Source: Burkholderiales bacterium
GTDB taxonomy: Bacteria > Pseudomonadota > Gammaproteobacteria > Burkholderiales > Burkholderiaceae_C
NCBI GenBank assembly: GCA_038243365.1
Contig: JBBSRE010000001.1
Location: 1 to 43,424 of the forward strand
Reading direction: 5' to 3'
Length of the DNA stretch: 43,424 nt
This document shows positions 28,019-38,593 of the stretch, piece after piece; the first letter of the stretch is position 1, and each line of letters opens with the position of its first letter. The notes under the pieces are model-generated. The model was given only the letters and a program-made list of their open reading frames with translations. It searched no databases and was not told the DNA's origin. The translations under genes were made by a program, and so were the position numbers.

Positions 28019-29235
28019 GCTCGGGCCTCTGAAAGTGCCTGGCGCTTACTCAAAAGAGAATCGGCTTTAGCGTGCTGCACGGCGCCTGGCCGCAGGCTCT
28101 CCAGAATCCAGGTCAAGACCACTACCAGAGCCGCTGCACCGCCCGTGTGAAGCACCGCCGCAATCAGGGGCCACCCCAACACTACGTTGCCAAGACCCGT
28201 TGCCAACTGCAGCGCCAAGAGACCCAGCAGCCATCGCGCCTGATGTTGATAACGACCTGGACCAGCCTGATGAAGACGAAAACCCAACCAACCTAGATAA
28301 GCGAACACGCCATACGCGAACAGACGATGCGCGTAGTGAATGGCAGTGAGCGCGGGAAAGCTGAGACTGCCGCCGTCGCCGGTAAGACCCAGGGGGCGCC
28401 ACAGTTCAAAAGCTTGCGCAAAGTTCATTTCTGGCCACCAACTGCCTTGGCAAGTGGGAAAACTGGAACAGGCGAGCACCGCATAGTTGGTGCTAACCCA
28501 TCCCCCCAGCAGCACCTGGATCGTTAGCAGCGCAAGGCCTACGCCCGCGGCGATGCGCAATGCTGAAGGCAGGCGTACGGTTGCATAACCTGCTGTTGGA
28601 GTGTTCTGCCGCACAGCTTGTACGCATAGCAATGCCAGCAGAACAAGACCGCCCAAAAGATGCAACGTCACGATCGCCGGAAACAGCTTCATGGTGACAG
28701 TGAGGGCTCCGAACAAGCCCTGGATGCACACCCATACTAGCGTGATCGTTGCCCACAGAGCGTTGGGATCACTGCTCGTCGCACTTGTTTTCGTGTGCCC
28801 GCTCCGAGCACGCTGCCAACGAAGCCACCATGCCCTGGCCGCCATAACCGCAATCAGACCGCCCACACTGGTCGCCAGATATCGGTGGACCATTTCCACC
28901 CATGCTTTGCCGTGCGTGACTGGGCCGGTCGGCAGCGCCGCCTGCGCAATGGAAATTTCTGCTCGTGCGCCGATCGGGCTGGCACTCCCGTAGCAACCAG
29001 GCCAGTCCGGGCAACCCAGTCCCGAGTCTGTGAGACGAGTGAACGCGCCGAAGAGGACCAAATCGAAGGTTAAAAACAAGGTGAGTACCGCGAGCGCCTG
29101 CCAGCGACGCCCGCGCTTGTCGCCCCTATTTCGCCAAAACACCCAAGCCAGCGGCAGCACCGCAATGCAGGCGCCCAGCGCCAGCATTTCCAGCAGCGGT
29201 GCTAGGTCGACCAAGGGCGGTGCTACCGTGCTCAT
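28015..29235 (-). CDS. ctaA: Heme A synthase, COX15/CtaA family
   Basis: [37 protein letters not shown]; 4-bp overlaps with neighbours. Confidence 0.92.
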   Translation of the reverse strand: MSTVAPPLVDLAPLLEMLALGACIAVLPLAWVFWRNRGDKRGRRWQALAVLTLFLTFDLVLFGAFTRLTDSGLGCPDWPGCYGSASPIGARAEISIAQAALPTGPVTHGKAWVEMVHRYLATSVGGLIAVMAARAWWLRWQRARSGHTKTSATSSDPNALWATITLVWVCIQGLFGALTVTMKLFPAIVTLHLLGGLVLLALLCVQAVRQNTPTAGYATVRLPSALRIAAGVGLALLTIQVLLGGWVSTNYAVLACSSFPTCQGSWWPEMNFAQAFELWRPLGLTGDGGSLSFPALTAIHYAHRLFAYGVFAYLGWLGFRLHQAGPGRYQHQARWLLGLLALQLATGLGNVVLGWPLIAAVLHTGGAAALVVVLTWILESLRPGAVQHAKADSLLSKRQALSEARA

Positions 29236-29957
29236 GGCGTGACGGGTCGCCCCGCCGTGTCCCACCCGGCAGATGCCCGCAACAGGCTCTCGATGTCTCG
29301 TTTGGCACGAGACGCACCCGAAGCGTCGAGGTTGGCTGGAAACCGCATCATCCAGTGCCCCATCGGGTCCACCACATAGAGATGTTCAGACAGGGCATGC
29401 GAGGAATCCGCCTGCAGCCACTCGGAAAGAGCCGCCTCGTCCACGCGCAGCACCTCGGCTGCGGCAATACCGGTGCGCAGGGCCGGGCGCACCGGCTGCT
29501 GGTCAGTAACTAACCATACCCAATCGACTCGGTCCTTGTTCTTGCCGAGCGCTTCGCGCATTTGCCGCTGAAAATAAAGTCGCTTTTCGCAACCGGTGTC
29601 GCATGCGGCAGGGCCTACGCTCACCAGCAACCACTGATGCTGCAAATCCGCCAGGTTGCCAGGCTTGCCCTGCAAATCTGTCGTCACAAGTGCAGGCATG
29701 GGCCGCTGCGGCTGGATCAGTGTGCCGAAATTCTTGCGTCCCTCCGGGCGGATTACGTAATACGTGAAGTACGACGCCACCACCGGCGCCACACACACCA
29801 GGAGCAAGCCAAGCAGCTTCCAGCGAGCGTGGCGTCCGCGCTGAGCAGATTGCACCGCCTGCCCGGCACGCGGAAGACTGTGCACCGTCATACCCAGAAG
29901 GTGGCCGCCCTCGGGGTCAGGCGTGCCAGCGGGGTCGGACAAGTTGGAACCAGACAT
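29232..29957 (-). CDS. Membrane-anchored thioredoxin/SCO-like cytochrome oxidase assembly protein
   Basis: Single TM (APVVASYFTYY), CxxxC motif (CDTGC), LYVVDPMGHWMMRF; lies between SURF1 and ctaA. Confidence 0.8.
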   Translation of the reverse strand: MSGSNLSDPAGTPDPEGGHLLGMTVHSLPRAGQAVQSAQRGRHARWKLLGLLLVCVAPVVASYFTYYVIRPEGRKNFGTLIQPQRPMPALVTTDLQGKPGNLADLQHQWLLVSVGPAACDTGCEKRLYFQRQMREALGKNKDRVDWVWLVTDQQPVRPALRTGIAAAEVLRVDEAALSEWLQADSSHALSEHLYVVDPMGHWMMRFPANLDASGASRAKRDIESLLRASAGWDTAGRPVTP

Positions 29958-30690
29958 AAAGACCCAAAATCAGCGCGCAAAGCGCAAACCATTGAAAAGC
30001 ATAGCCATAGTGTTTTTCGACGCCGGTAGACACCGGAGCCCAGTGGCGCGAAAGACCGTCCGAGTCGGGGCCTTGCTGCACCAGAGTGAATACAGCCAGC
30101 GGCAAGCCTGTTTCTGCGCGGAAAGCATCCAGTGACAGATTTTGCCGGATACGGTTAAACCCTGAGTCTTTCTGGTCACTGCCCAGAGAGAAAGTCTGCG
30201 CAGGGGAACCTGCGAGATGGCCAGACAAGTCGACCAGTTCACTGTCGGTGTCGACTGGCGGAAGCTGCGCGCGCTGCTCAAAATTCCGCGGCGCCCATCC
30301 GCGCTGAACCAGCACCACAGGCTTACCGCCACCTTCGAGTTGGAAGGGCGTGAACACAAAAAATCCTTGTCTGCCGTCCATCTGACGGTTGTCCAGATAC
30401 ACCGTTTTCTCAGGCAGCCAGCGTCCCCGAAAGTGGGCCTGCCGGTACCAATGCGTTGCTGCGATCGACGCTTGGACCCCGGGGGCCAGAAGTGCCAGCA
30501 ATTCAGTGCCGCCTAGCGGCGCCTCGCTTGCGCGCGCCGACATCTCCGCGGCAAGCGATTCCTTCTGGGCGGCTCGCGAGAGCTGCCAGCTCCCGAGTGC
30601 AAAGGTAGACAGCACACCGATGCACGCAGCCATAGTCACCAGCCAGAAAGCCTGACGGCGATGGGTCGCAAGCACGCGTGTCGGCTTCAC
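29917..30690 (-). CDS. SURF1/Shy1 family cytochrome oxidase biogenesis protein
   Basis: LGSWQLSRA, YLDNR, VLVQRGW, HYGYAFQWF. Confidence 0.93.
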   Translation of the reverse strand: MKPTRVLATHRRQAFWLVTMAACIGVLSTFALGSWQLSRAAQKESLAAEMSARASEAPLGGTELLALLAPGVQASIAATHWYRQAHFRGRWLPEKTVYLDNRQMDGRQGFFVFTPFQLEGGGKPVVLVQRGWAPRNFEQRAQLPPVDTDSELVDLSGHLAGSPAQTFSLGSDQKDSGFNRIRQNLSLDAFRAETGLPLAVFTLVQQGPDSDGLSRHWAPVSTGVEKHYGYAFQWFALCALILGLYVWFQLVRPRWHA

Positions 30691-30705
30691 TGGATAATCG
30701 CTTTC

Positions 30706-30924
30706 ATGAAAATTCTCGTAGCGCTGGGGTTTCTCGCGATTCTGGCAAGTTTGGGTTCGGCGCTCTTCTTCATGATGCGCACTGGCAAAAACGACCGCCG
30801 GCGCGGCGGGCGAATGGCTTGGGCACTTGCGATGCGCGTAGCGCTGTCCATCACCCTGTTTCTGTGTGTACTCGCAGCATGGAAACTGGGCTACATACAG
30901 CCTACGGGCCTGCCACTGCGATAA
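30706..30924 (+). CDS. Twin transmembrane helix small protein (DUF2909/HIG1-like)
   Basis: ILASLGSALFFM...ALAMRVALS...GYIQPTG; conserved antisense position between SURF1 and coxC. Confidence 0.88.
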   Translation: MKILVALGFLAILASLGSALFFMMRTGKNDRRRGGRMAWALAMRVALSITLFLCVLAAWKLGYIQPTGLPLR

Positions 30925-30958
30925 CTTGCTCTAGCCAGCTTTCAAGCTCCAAGCGCAG

Positions 30959-30987
30959 AAAAAAGGCGCCTTTCGGCGCCTCGTTTT
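30959..30987. terminator. Bidirectional intrinsic terminator between convergent DUF2909 and coxC
   Basis: AAAAAA-GGCGCC-TTTC-GGCGCC-TCGTTTT. Confidence 0.75.
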
Positions 30988-31004
30988 GGAAGAGCCCGGC
31001 AAGG

Positions 31005-31886
31005 TCACAGCCAATAAACCAGGATGTAAAGCCCGAGCCAGACTACGTCCACAAAGTGCCAGTACCAAGCTGCACCTTCGAAGCCGAAATGACGATCGGG
31101 GGTGAAGTGCCCATTTTGCAGGCGCAAGGTGATGAACAACAGCATCAGCATGCCAAGGAACACGTGGAAGCCGTGGAAGCCGGTCAACATGAAAAATGTC
31201 GAACCATAGATACCGGAATGCAAGGTCAAGTTCAATTCTGTGTAGAGGTGGTAGTACTCGTACCCCTGCACGCACAGGAAAATGAAACCTAGGAGCACCG
31301 TGGCCCACATAAAGGCGATGGTCCGGCCGCGGTGGCCCTCCCGCAACGCGTGGTGGGCAATGGTGAGCGTCACGCCAGAGCTAAGTAGCAGCGCAGTGTT
31401 GATGGTAGGCAGCCAAAAAGGACCTACGGTCTGGAAGGGCTCCACCGTTCCGGCCGGCGAAGCGGTTGCGCCCGCTACCACTGACGGCCATACGGCCTTG
31501 AAATCTGGCCACAACAATGCATTTTCCAAGCTGCCCAGCGCGGGCACCGAGTGAGAGCGCGCCCACCAAAGCGCCGTGAAGAACGCGCCGAAAAACATGA
31601 CCTCTGAAAAGATGAACCAGCTCATGCTCCAGCGGTACGAGAGATCAATCTTATGGCCGTACAGGCCGCCCTCACTCTCACGCGCGGACTCGCGGAACCA
31701 CTGGAACAAGGTGAACAGCCACCACACCAGACCAAAAACAAGGGAATATTTCCCCCAATCATGTCCGTTCATCCACTGGCTGGCACCGAGGACGACAAAG
31801 AACAGACCAGCCGCCGCCAAAATGGGATGGCGCGATTCTGCCGGAACAAAGTAGTACGGCGTTGTGCCCGATGTGGTTGCACTCAT
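31005..31886 (-). CDS. coxC: Cytochrome c oxidase subunit III
   Basis: WFIFSEVMFF, PTINTALLLSSG, TGFHGFHV, WYWHFVDVVW. Confidence 0.96.
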   Translation of the reverse strand: MSATTSGTTPYYFVPAESRHPILAAAGLFFVVLGASQWMNGHDWGKYSLVFGLVWWLFTLFQWFRESARESEGGLYGHKIDLSYRWSMSWFIFSEVMFFGAFFTALWWARSHSVPALGSLENALLWPDFKAVWPSVVAGATASPAGTVEPFQTVGPFWLPTINTALLLSSGVTLTIAHHALREGHRGRTIAFMWATVLLGFIFLCVQGYEYYHLYTELNLTLHSGIYGSTFFMLTGFHGFHVFLGMLMLLFITLRLQNGHFTPDRHFGFEGAAWYWHFVDVVWLGLYILVYWL

Positions 31887-31938
31887 TTCAGCTCCTGCTT
31901 TCGCGGTTTTCTTCTAAATGCCAAATTCAATGGCGGAC

Positions 31939-32160
31939 TCAAGCGACCCAATGCACGATGCCGACCAATCCGAGCACCAGCACAAGAAACCCGAGTAGGC
32001 CCACCACGATCAGATGCAGTGGGTTGATCCTCTCCAGATCCTGTTGGTACTCGCTTGCCTTGCGCAAACCCAAAAATGCCCAAGCCACAGCACGAACGGT
32101 TCGCAGAAAGGAACCCTTGCGCCGCATCACGCCAGACGTGCCCTGGTGATCCGCGCTCAT
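31939..32160 (-). CDS. DUF2970 family membrane protein
   Basis: AVAWAFLGLRK...D...INPLHLIVVG; position within the cox operon. Confidence 0.85.
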   Translation of the reverse strand: MSADHQGTSGVMRRKGSFLRTVRAVAWAFLGLRKASEYQQDLERINPLHLIVVGLLGFLVLVLGLVGIVHWVA

Positions 32161-32771
32161 GACCCGGTTGCCGCTGCAGACAGCGCGCCCACTGTGCTGG
32201 CTGGCGCTGCCGGAATACCGGCGCCTACTTCAAAAAAAGTGTACGACAGCGTGATGGTTTTCACATCTTTCGACAGCTTCGGGTCGATCACGAAAGCTAC
32301 CGGCCACTCTTTCTTCTCACCCGGCGAAAGCGTGTACTGGTTGAAGCAGAAACATTCAAGCTTATTGAAGAAAGGCGCAGCCTGACGGGGTGCATAACTC
32401 GGGATCGCCTGCGCGGACATGCGCCGATCCTGGGTGTTCTGAAACTCGTACATCACAGTGGCAAGCTCGCCAGGATGCACTTCCAGTGAACGCATGGCTG
32501 GCTTGAAGCTCCACGGACCGCGGGCGTTGGCATCGAACTCCACGGTAATCGTGCGGCTGCGATCGATCTGCGAGTTGTCGGGCACCCGCACATCGCGCCC
32601 GGCCGAGCCATTGCCCGGAACCTGACGCTCAGACAGCGCCAGGATGTTGATGCCAGTGAATTCACAAATGCGTTTGTAAACCGGAATCAGGCCATAGCCG
32701 AAGGCAAACATGCCAAGCGTGACCAAGGTGAGCTTTCCCACCATACGAAGATTTTCATTGCGCGGTTTCAT
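32157..32771 (-). CDS. ctaG: Cytochrome c oxidase assembly protein CtaG/Cox11
   Basis: MFAFGYGLIPVY..IC..TG, FNKLECFCF. Confidence 0.95.
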   Translation of the reverse strand: MKPRNENLRMVGKLTLVTLGMFAFGYGLIPVYKRICEFTGINILALSERQVPGNGSAGRDVRVPDNSQIDRSRTITVEFDANARGPWSFKPAMRSLEVHPGELATVMYEFQNTQDRRMSAQAIPSYAPRQAAPFFNKLECFCFNQYTLSPGEKKEWPVAFVIDPKLSKDVKTITLSYTFFEVGAGIPAAPASTVGALSAAATGS

Positions 32772-32780
32772 GACAGCACA

Positions 32781-32897
32781 TCAACGCGAAAGAAAAACCA
32801 TTTTGACGAAAAACCCCAGGAAGAACACGACAGCAATGGATGCCAGCACCAGCGCCATGCGCCTGTTGCTCCTCTTTTGATCGGGGGTCTGAGCCAT
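32781..32897 (-). CDS. Cytochrome oxidase small assembly protein (38 aa)
   Basis: MAQTPDQKRSNRRMALVLASIAVVFFLGFFVKMVFLSR; single TM between coxA and ctaG. Confidence 0.8.
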   Translation of the reverse strand: MAQTPDQKRSNRRMALVLASIAVVFFLGFFVKMVFLSR

Positions 32898-32901
32898 GTG
32901 A

Positions 32902-34536
32902 TCAGGCGATGATGCGCGTAGCGGTCTCATCGAGCTTTGGCGGCGTCTCAAAGGTATGGAAAGGTGCAGGCGACGGAACCTCCCACTCCAAACCTTCTGC
33001 GCCATCCCAGGGACGCTGGGCGGCTGCGACACCACGACCACGCATGGCGGGCAAAACTACTGCCAAGAAGAAATAAACCTGGGCGAAGCCGAAACCAAAC
33101 GCGCCAATGCTGACGAGCATGTTGAAGTCGGCAAACTGCATCGGATAGTCGGCATACCGGCGCGGCATACCAGCCAAACCCAGAAAGTGCATCGGAAAGA
33201 AGGTGATGTTGAACGAGATCATCGACCACCAGAAGTGGATCTGTCCACGGCGCTCCGAGTACATGAAACCAGTCCATTTAGGCAGCCAATAGTAGGCGCC
33301 AGCGAACATCGCGAACAACGAGCCGGCCACCAGCACATAGTGAAAGTGGGCCACTACGTAATAAGTGTCCTGCAACTGAATGTCGATGGGCGCCAGTGCC
33401 AGGATAAGGCCCGTAAAACCGCCAATCGTGAACACAAAGATGAAACCAATGGCAAACAGCATCGGCGTCTCAAACGTCATTGAGCCGCGCCACATGGTGG
33501 CTACCCAGTTGAAGATCTTCACGGCCGTAGGCACAGAGATCAGCATCGTCGCGTACATGAAGAACAGCTGCCCGGTCACCGGCATGCCGGTGGTAAACAT
33601 GTGGTGCGCCCAAACGATGAACGAGAGGATGGCGATCGACGACGTGGCATACACCATCGACGCGTAGCCAAAGAGCTTCTTGCGAGCAAACGCGGGCACG
33701 ATCTGGCTGATCATGCCGAAGGCCGGCAAGATCATGATGTACACCTCGGGATGGCCGAAAAACCAGAAGATGTGCTGGTACATCACCGGATCACCGCCGC
33801 CAGCGGGATTGAAGAAACTGGTGCCGAAATGACGGTCGGTGAGCGTCATCGTGATCGCGCCAGCCAGCACAGGCATCACGGCGATCAGCAAATACGCCGT
33901 GATCAGCCATGTCCAGCAGAACATGGGCATCTTCATGAGCGTCATGCCCGGCGCGCGCATGTTGAGGATGGTCACGATGATGTTGATCGAGCCCATGATC
34001 GAGCTGGCGCCCAGAAGGTGAAGCGCGAGAATGCTCGAATCCATCGACGGGCCCATCTGCAGCGTCAAAGGCGCATACAGAGTCCACCCGGCCGCAGGTG
34101 CTCCACCCGGCATGAAGAAAGAGCCGGCCAGCAGGATAGCAGCGGGAATCATCAGCCAGAAGCTGAAGTTGTTCATGCGCGCAAACGCCATGTCGGATGC
34201 ACCGATCTGCAGCGGGATCATCCAGTTCGCAAAGCCAACAAAGGCCGGCATGATGGCGCCGAACACCATGATCAAGCCATGCATGGTGGTGAACTGGTTG
34301 AACAATTCAGGGTTGACCAGTTGCAGGCCAGGCTGAAACAGCTCGGCGCGAATCAAAAGCGCGAGTACGCCGCCGATCATCAGCATGGTGAACGAGAACA
34401 GCAAGTACAGCGTACCGATGTCCTTGTGGTTGGTGGCAAACAGCCACCGGCGCCAGCCACTGGGAGTGTGGTGGTGATCATCGTGCTCGCCGGGGTGGCC
34501 CGGGGCGTGACCGTGGTTGTCGAGAACTGCGCTCAT
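32902..34536 (-). CDS. ctaD: Cytochrome c oxidase subunit I (A-type)
   Basis: [42 protein letters not shown]; start at MSAVLD. Confidence 0.98.
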   Translation of the reverse strand: MSAVLDNHGHAPGHPGEHDDHHHTPSGWRRWLFATNHKDIGTLYLLFSFTMLMIGGVLALLIRAELFQPGLQLVNPELFNQFTTMHGLIMVFGAIMPAFVGFANWMIPLQIGASDMAFARMNNFSFWLMIPAAILLAGSFFMPGGAPAAGWTLYAPLTLQMGPSMDSSILALHLLGASSIMGSINIIVTILNMRAPGMTLMKMPMFCWTWLITAYLLIAVMPVLAGAITMTLTDRHFGTSFFNPAGGGDPVMYQHIFWFFGHPEVYIMILPAFGMISQIVPAFARKKLFGYASMVYATSSIAILSFIVWAHHMFTTGMPVTGQLFFMYATMLISVPTAVKIFNWVATMWRGSMTFETPMLFAIGFIFVFTIGGFTGLILALAPIDIQLQDTYYVVAHFHYVLVAGSLFAMFAGAYYWLPKWTGFMYSERRGQIHFWWSMISFNITFFPMHFLGLAGMPRRYADYPMQFADFNMLVSIGAFGFGFAQVYFFLAVVLPAMRGRGVAAAQRPWDGAEGLEWEVPSPAPFHTFETPPKLDETATRIIA

Positions 34537-34569
34537 GGTGAATTCCTCAATACTCTTTGCGGGCACGGC

Positions 34570-35748
34570 TTACTTGTTGCGCTGGGCGACGATCTCGGCG
34601 GGCTGGACCAGCTGACCCGTTTTATTGGACCAGTGGTTCTTGGTGAAGCTAATCACTGCAGCCAGATCTGTGTCACTGAGAGACTTCCAGGCTGGCATGG
34701 CGCCGTTTGCTGCACCATTCAAGAGAATATGAATCTGGCGCGCATGGTCGGAATCCAGCACTACTGCAGAACCGTCAAGCGACTTGATCGGGCCGGCGCC
34801 CTTGCCATTGGCCTGGTGGCAGGCTGCACAGTTGGCCGCATAAACCTTTTCACCGCGCAGCACGAGCGCATCAAGTTCCCACACCTTATTAGGGTCGTCC
34901 TGCTTGGCGGCCACTTTTTTCATTTCGGCGCCTACCCAGGCGGTGTAATCCTCGGCGGACACCACCTTCACGTGGATCGGCATGTAGGCGTGCTCTTTGC
35001 CGCAGAGCTCAGCGCACTGACCATAGAAATCGCCGACCTGGTTAGCGCGAAACCAAGTGTCGCGCACGAAACCTGGGATCGCATCCTGCTTGATACCGAA
35101 AGCCGGCACCATGAATGAGTGGATGACGTCATTGGCCGTGGTGATGATGCGGATTTTCTTGCCCACCGGCACCACAAGTGGGTTGTCGACTTTGAGCAAA
35201 TAGTTATCTGGCGCGTTGGACACATCACCGCTGTTGGACATGATGCGGTGAGCTGTATCCAGCGTGGAGACGAACGCCAGCCCTTCGCCCTCGCCTTTGA
35301 TGTAGTCGTAGCCCCACTTCCACTGGTAGCCGGTGGTCTTGATCGTCAGGTCCGCGTTGGTGGTGTCTTTTTGCGCTACCAGCACCTTGGTGGCCGGCAA
35401 GGCCATGCCGATCACGATGAGAAATGGAATCACGGTCCAAATGACTTCCACAGTCACCGACTCGTGAAAGTTGGCCGCCTTGGCGCCCTGCGAGCGGCGG
35501 TGCTTCCAGATGGAATAGAACATCACCCCAAACACGCCAACAAAAATGATCGTGCAGATGATCATCATCATCCAGTGCAGACTGATCTGCTCTTCGGCGA
35601 TGCGCGTGACGGGCGGGTGCAGATTAAGCTGCCGTACTGCGGGACCGCCTGGCAAATCATTGACCGCATGAGCGGCGCCTGCAGCCCATGCGCCGGCCAG
35701 CAAGAGTGCACGGGCCAGCGTGTTGGAAATGCTCTTCATAGTTCTCAC
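34570..35748 (-). CDS. coxB: Cytochrome c oxidase subunit II with fused C-terminal cytochrome c
   Basis: GYQWKW.Y, DVIHS, CAELCGKEHAYMP CuA motif, CAACH heme c motif; start may be 35739. Confidence 0.97.
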   Translation of the reverse strand: MRTMKSISNTLARALLLAGAWAAGAAHAVNDLPGGPAVRQLNLHPPVTRIAEEQISLHWMMMIICTIIFVGVFGVMFYSIWKHRRSQGAKAANFHESVTVEVIWTVIPFLIVIGMALPATKVLVAQKDTTNADLTIKTTGYQWKWGYDYIKGEGEGLAFVSTLDTAHRIMSNSGDVSNAPDNYLLKVDNPLVVPVGKKIRIITTANDVIHSFMVPAFGIKQDAIPGFVRDTWFRANQVGDFYGQCAELCGKEHAYMPIHVKVVSAEDYTAWVGAEMKKVAAKQDDPNKVWELDALVLRGEKVYAANCAACHQANGKGAGPIKSLDGSAVVLDSDHARQIHILLNGAANGAMPAWKSLSDTDLAAVISFTKNHWSNKTGQLVQPAEIVAQRNK

Positions 35749-36092
35749 TTGCTTCTAAGCCTCAGTTAACCCGCACCGTGGCTGCCGACATCTTGTGCCA
35801 GCCTCCTGCACTCTGCAGCCACTTTCCGCTGGCTCGACGTTCCGAAAATCGTGTCCTGACCGAGTCTCTCACCATCGGGCGAGCCGCAATGCGTTCACTG
35901 CGATCCTCTGTTACAAGAGCCGCGCGGCATGACACGAATGCGCCTGTCGCAACCTCTATCGAGGCACTCTGTGCACAGTCCGCGATTGTAGCGCGGCTTG
36001 CACATGCGAAAACGGTGGTGATGCCGCCTGCATGGCCGGCACAAAGCTCGAGCGACCACACGATGTGGCAGTGCTGACCCGTCGACGCGGCC

Positions 36093-37010
36093 CTACGGCC
36101 TGCGCGGTTTCGAACGCAGCATGTTGCGCATGTCTTCCAGCGCTACTGCGCTCTCCCCTGAAACGGGAATGCGCGGTGCCGGCTTGAATGCATGTCCATA
36201 GACGATTTCAAATGTAAGTGAGAGTTGCCCCGAAGGCTCCGCTCCAGGCTCAGAAGCCGCCACAAGACCTGACGCCATGGCGCCCAGCAGCGCACCGCGC
36301 CAGTGTCGGCCTCGCAGTGCTGGAAATCGCTCCACGTGCAAATTGACGCCCAGTTCCCTCAACTCACGGAGCAGTCGCTCCGGCGTGGCAAATGTCAGCG
36401 TGATGCGCTCCATATCCATCACCGGCTCGGCAAAGCCCGCGTCGATCAACATGTCGCCCCAGTCATGCATGTCGGTGAAGGCGTGACTGGGTGGCGGCCA
36501 GCCGCGTTCTGCGTACAGCGTGCGCAGTTCGCGCAGGGTGTCCGGGCCGAGGCAGGAGAACATCAGGTAGCCGTCCACTGAAATGGCCCGGTGCCAGGCT
36601 GCGATCAGTGCGCCCGGGTCTGGCGCGGTGTGCAGGGCCATGTTGGCCCAGAGCATTTGCACCGAGCGGGGTTCGGGTGCGCCGAACTGGACGCGGCCAG
36701 CACCCCAGCGCCCAGCACTCCACCAAGGTGGACTCAGCGTTTCCCGCGCCACGGATTGCAAGTGGCCTGCAGTCTCAAAGATTTGGCACCGCGCATCCGC
36801 AAAACGCTGCCGCAACAAGGCATGCGCGGCCACGCCGCCGCGCACCGGATCCCAATGGCACCAGGCCGAGGGCGGCTGGCGAATCCAATCCAGCCGCGCT
36901 TCCATCCGACGGGCGACTTCCTCATGCAGCCAGGGCGACAAGGCAGGCGTGCGTGCATGCCAGTGCGCGGCTGCAACGGGATCGAGAGTGGGGGGACGTT
37001 CGGTGGCCAT
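36093..37010 (-). CDS. BioC-like methyltransferase-fold protein
   Basis: EEVARRMEARL, WANMALH, FSCLGPDTLREL, DMHDWGDML..AGF.EPVMD.E, FEIVYGHA; divergent from comF. Confidence 0.82.
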   Translation of the reverse strand: MATERPPTLDPVAAAHWHARTPALSPWLHEEVARRMEARLDWIRQPPSAWCHWDPVRGGVAAHALLRQRFADARCQIFETAGHLQSVARETLSPPWWSAGRWGAGRVQFGAPEPRSVQMLWANMALHTAPDPGALIAAWHRAISVDGYLMFSCLGPDTLRELRTLYAERGWPPPSHAFTDMHDWGDMLIDAGFAEPVMDMERITLTFATPERLLRELRELGVNLHVERFPALRGRHWRGALLGAMASGLVAASEPGAEPSGQLSLTFEIVYGHAFKPAPRIPVSGESAVALEDMRNMLRSKPRRP

Positions 37011-37140
37011 GGAGCAGATACAGAAGGTGGGTGTGTGGCTCGTAGCCTGTGGCTTGCAGTTGGCGGCCCTCTGCATTGACGCCAGAGTGGATGCGTTAGC
37101 CCAGCACAAAGCGCAGTACAGCTCTATATTGGACACCACC

Positions 37141-37869
37141 ATGCCTTCCAGCGCCTTGCTCCGACGCTTCAGCACTTGGCCGGCGTGGGTGCGCCAGCTG
37201 CCTAGCCAATGCGCAGTGTGTGCGAGTTGGCCCGCGCAGCGGCTGTGCGACGCTTGCATTGCACAGTTCGCCCGACCTCGACCGCGCTGCAGCACCTGCG
37301 CCCTGCCACTACCGGGCGGAGCCTCCCAGTGCGGCCGCTGCGTCTTGCACGCGCCCATGCTCGAGCGCTGCGTGGCCGCAGTGGACTACGGCTATCCGTG
37401 GGCCGGCGTTGTGGCTCAGTTCAAGTTTCGCGGCGACCCTGCCTGGGCGGCAGCACTGGCACGCCTCATGCGCAGCGCGCCCTGGGCAGAGCCGCTGATG
37501 GATGCGGCCGATTGGCTGGTTCCGGTGCCGCTTGCCCTGCCGCGCTTGAGGGAGCGCGGATTCAACCAGGCATGGGAGTTGGCGCGACAACTGCAGCCCG
37601 CCAAGGCCGACGCCGGTCTGTTGCTGCGCGTGCGTAGCGGGGAAGACCAGCATGCCTTGGGACGCGCTGCCAGACTGCGTAACCTCCAATCTGCCTTTGC
37701 GCCAGACCCTTTGAGGCGGGCTGCGCTCCACGGCAAGCGGGTGCTTCTGATCGATGATGTCATGACCACAGGCGCCACCCTGCACGCTGCGGCCTGCGCC
37801 TTGCAAACTGCCGGCATCGCCAGCGTGAGCGCCTTGGTTTTGGCGCGCGCAGAAGACCACGCTCAATAG
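37141..37869 (+). CDS. comF: ComF family protein (double Zn-ribbon + phosphoribosyltransferase domain)
   Basis: Four CxxC pairs, VPVPL...R.RERGFNQA, LLIDDVMTTGATL. Confidence 0.9.
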   Translation: MPSSALLRRFSTWPAWVRQLPSQCAVCASWPAQRLCDACIAQFARPRPRCSTCALPLPGGASQCGRCVLHAPMLERCVAAVDYGYPWAGVVAQFKFRGDPAWAAALARLMRSAPWAEPLMDAADWLVPVPLALPRLRERGFNQAWELARQLQPAKADAGLLLRVRSGEDQHALGRAARLRNLQSAFAPDPLRRAALHGKRVLLIDDVMTTGATLHAAACALQTAGIASVSALVLARAEDHAQ

Positions 37870-37944
37870 CGCTTGATAGCGCTTGATACGCACTTTTACG
37901 GTCGCCGCAGTTCATTGACACTCCGCGCGAACCACAATGCGAGC

Positions 37945-38442
37945 ATGTTTCATATCGTCCTCGTAGAGCCGGAGATCCCGCCCAATACGGGCAACATCAT
38001 TCGGCTGGCTGCCAACACGGGCTGCGACTTGCATTTGGTCGAGCCTCTGGGTTTCTCCATGGAGGACCGCATGCTTCGACGCGCCGGCCTTGATTACCAT
38101 GAGTTCGCGCAGGTACAGACTCACGCCGGTTGGACGCAGTTCCTGCGCAGCATGCAGCCTGATCTGACGCGCATGTTCGGCCTGACGACGCATGCGAGCG
38201 CCTCTGTACATGAGACTTGTTTTTTGCCGGGCGACTGGCTGGTTTTCGGGGCGGAAACGCGCGGCTTGCCGCCGGAACTGCGCGAAACTTTTGCGCCCGC
38301 ACAGCTGCTCCGTTTGCCGATGCTCGCGGGCCAGCGCAGCCTCAACCTGTCGAACGCGGTAGCGGTGACGGTGTTTGAGGCTTGGCGTCAGAACAGTTTC
38401 GGTCTTGCCAACGTGCCTGCGCCAGACGCTTTACAGGCCTAA
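37945..38442 (+). CDS. trmL: tRNA (cytidine/uridine34-2'-O)-methyltransferase
   Basis: EPEIPPNTGNIIRL, RRAGLDYH, FGAETRGLP, RSLNLSN. Confidence 0.96.
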   Translation: MFHIVLVEPEIPPNTGNIIRLAANTGCDLHLVEPLGFSMEDRMLRRAGLDYHEFAQVQTHAGWTQFLRSMQPDLTRMFGLTTHASASVHETCFLPGDWLVFGAETRGLPPELRETFAPAQLLRLPMLAGQRSLNLSNAVAVTVFEAWRQNSFGLANVPAPDALQA

Positions 38443-38593
38443 CTCCACAGCTGGGTGGCTGCTTTGGCCGCTCAGTTGATGCTTGCATCAGCCGCGCGCT
38501 CCACGCCCTTCATGAGTCGCGCGATAGGCTCCCGCTTGGAGAGGTGAGCGCTCGAAGAAGTGAGCGCTCGAAAGTTGCCTGCTCCTCGAGCGC

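Noticed and set aside
33601-35118. 505-aa plus-strand ORF
   Set aside because: Antisense shadow of ctaD/coxB, common in GC-rich DNA; no recognisable motif
35690-35745. coxB signal peptide (MKSISNTLARALLLAGA) as an eighth repeat copy
   Set aside because: The peptide looks similar but the DNA lacks GCTAT-N7-ATAGC and AAGCGCT
35762-36077. Two 99-aa ORFs upstream of coxB
   Set aside because: No SD, no motifs, and they overlap each other on opposite strands
36583-37358. Mutually overlapping long N-termini of the bioC-like and comF ORFs
   Set aside because: Each extension is the antisense of the other gene; starts at 37010 and 37141 remove the overlap
37915-37920. Perfect TTGACA -35 for trmL
   Set aside because: Only 12 bp from the CACAAT -10, too short for sigma-70 spacing
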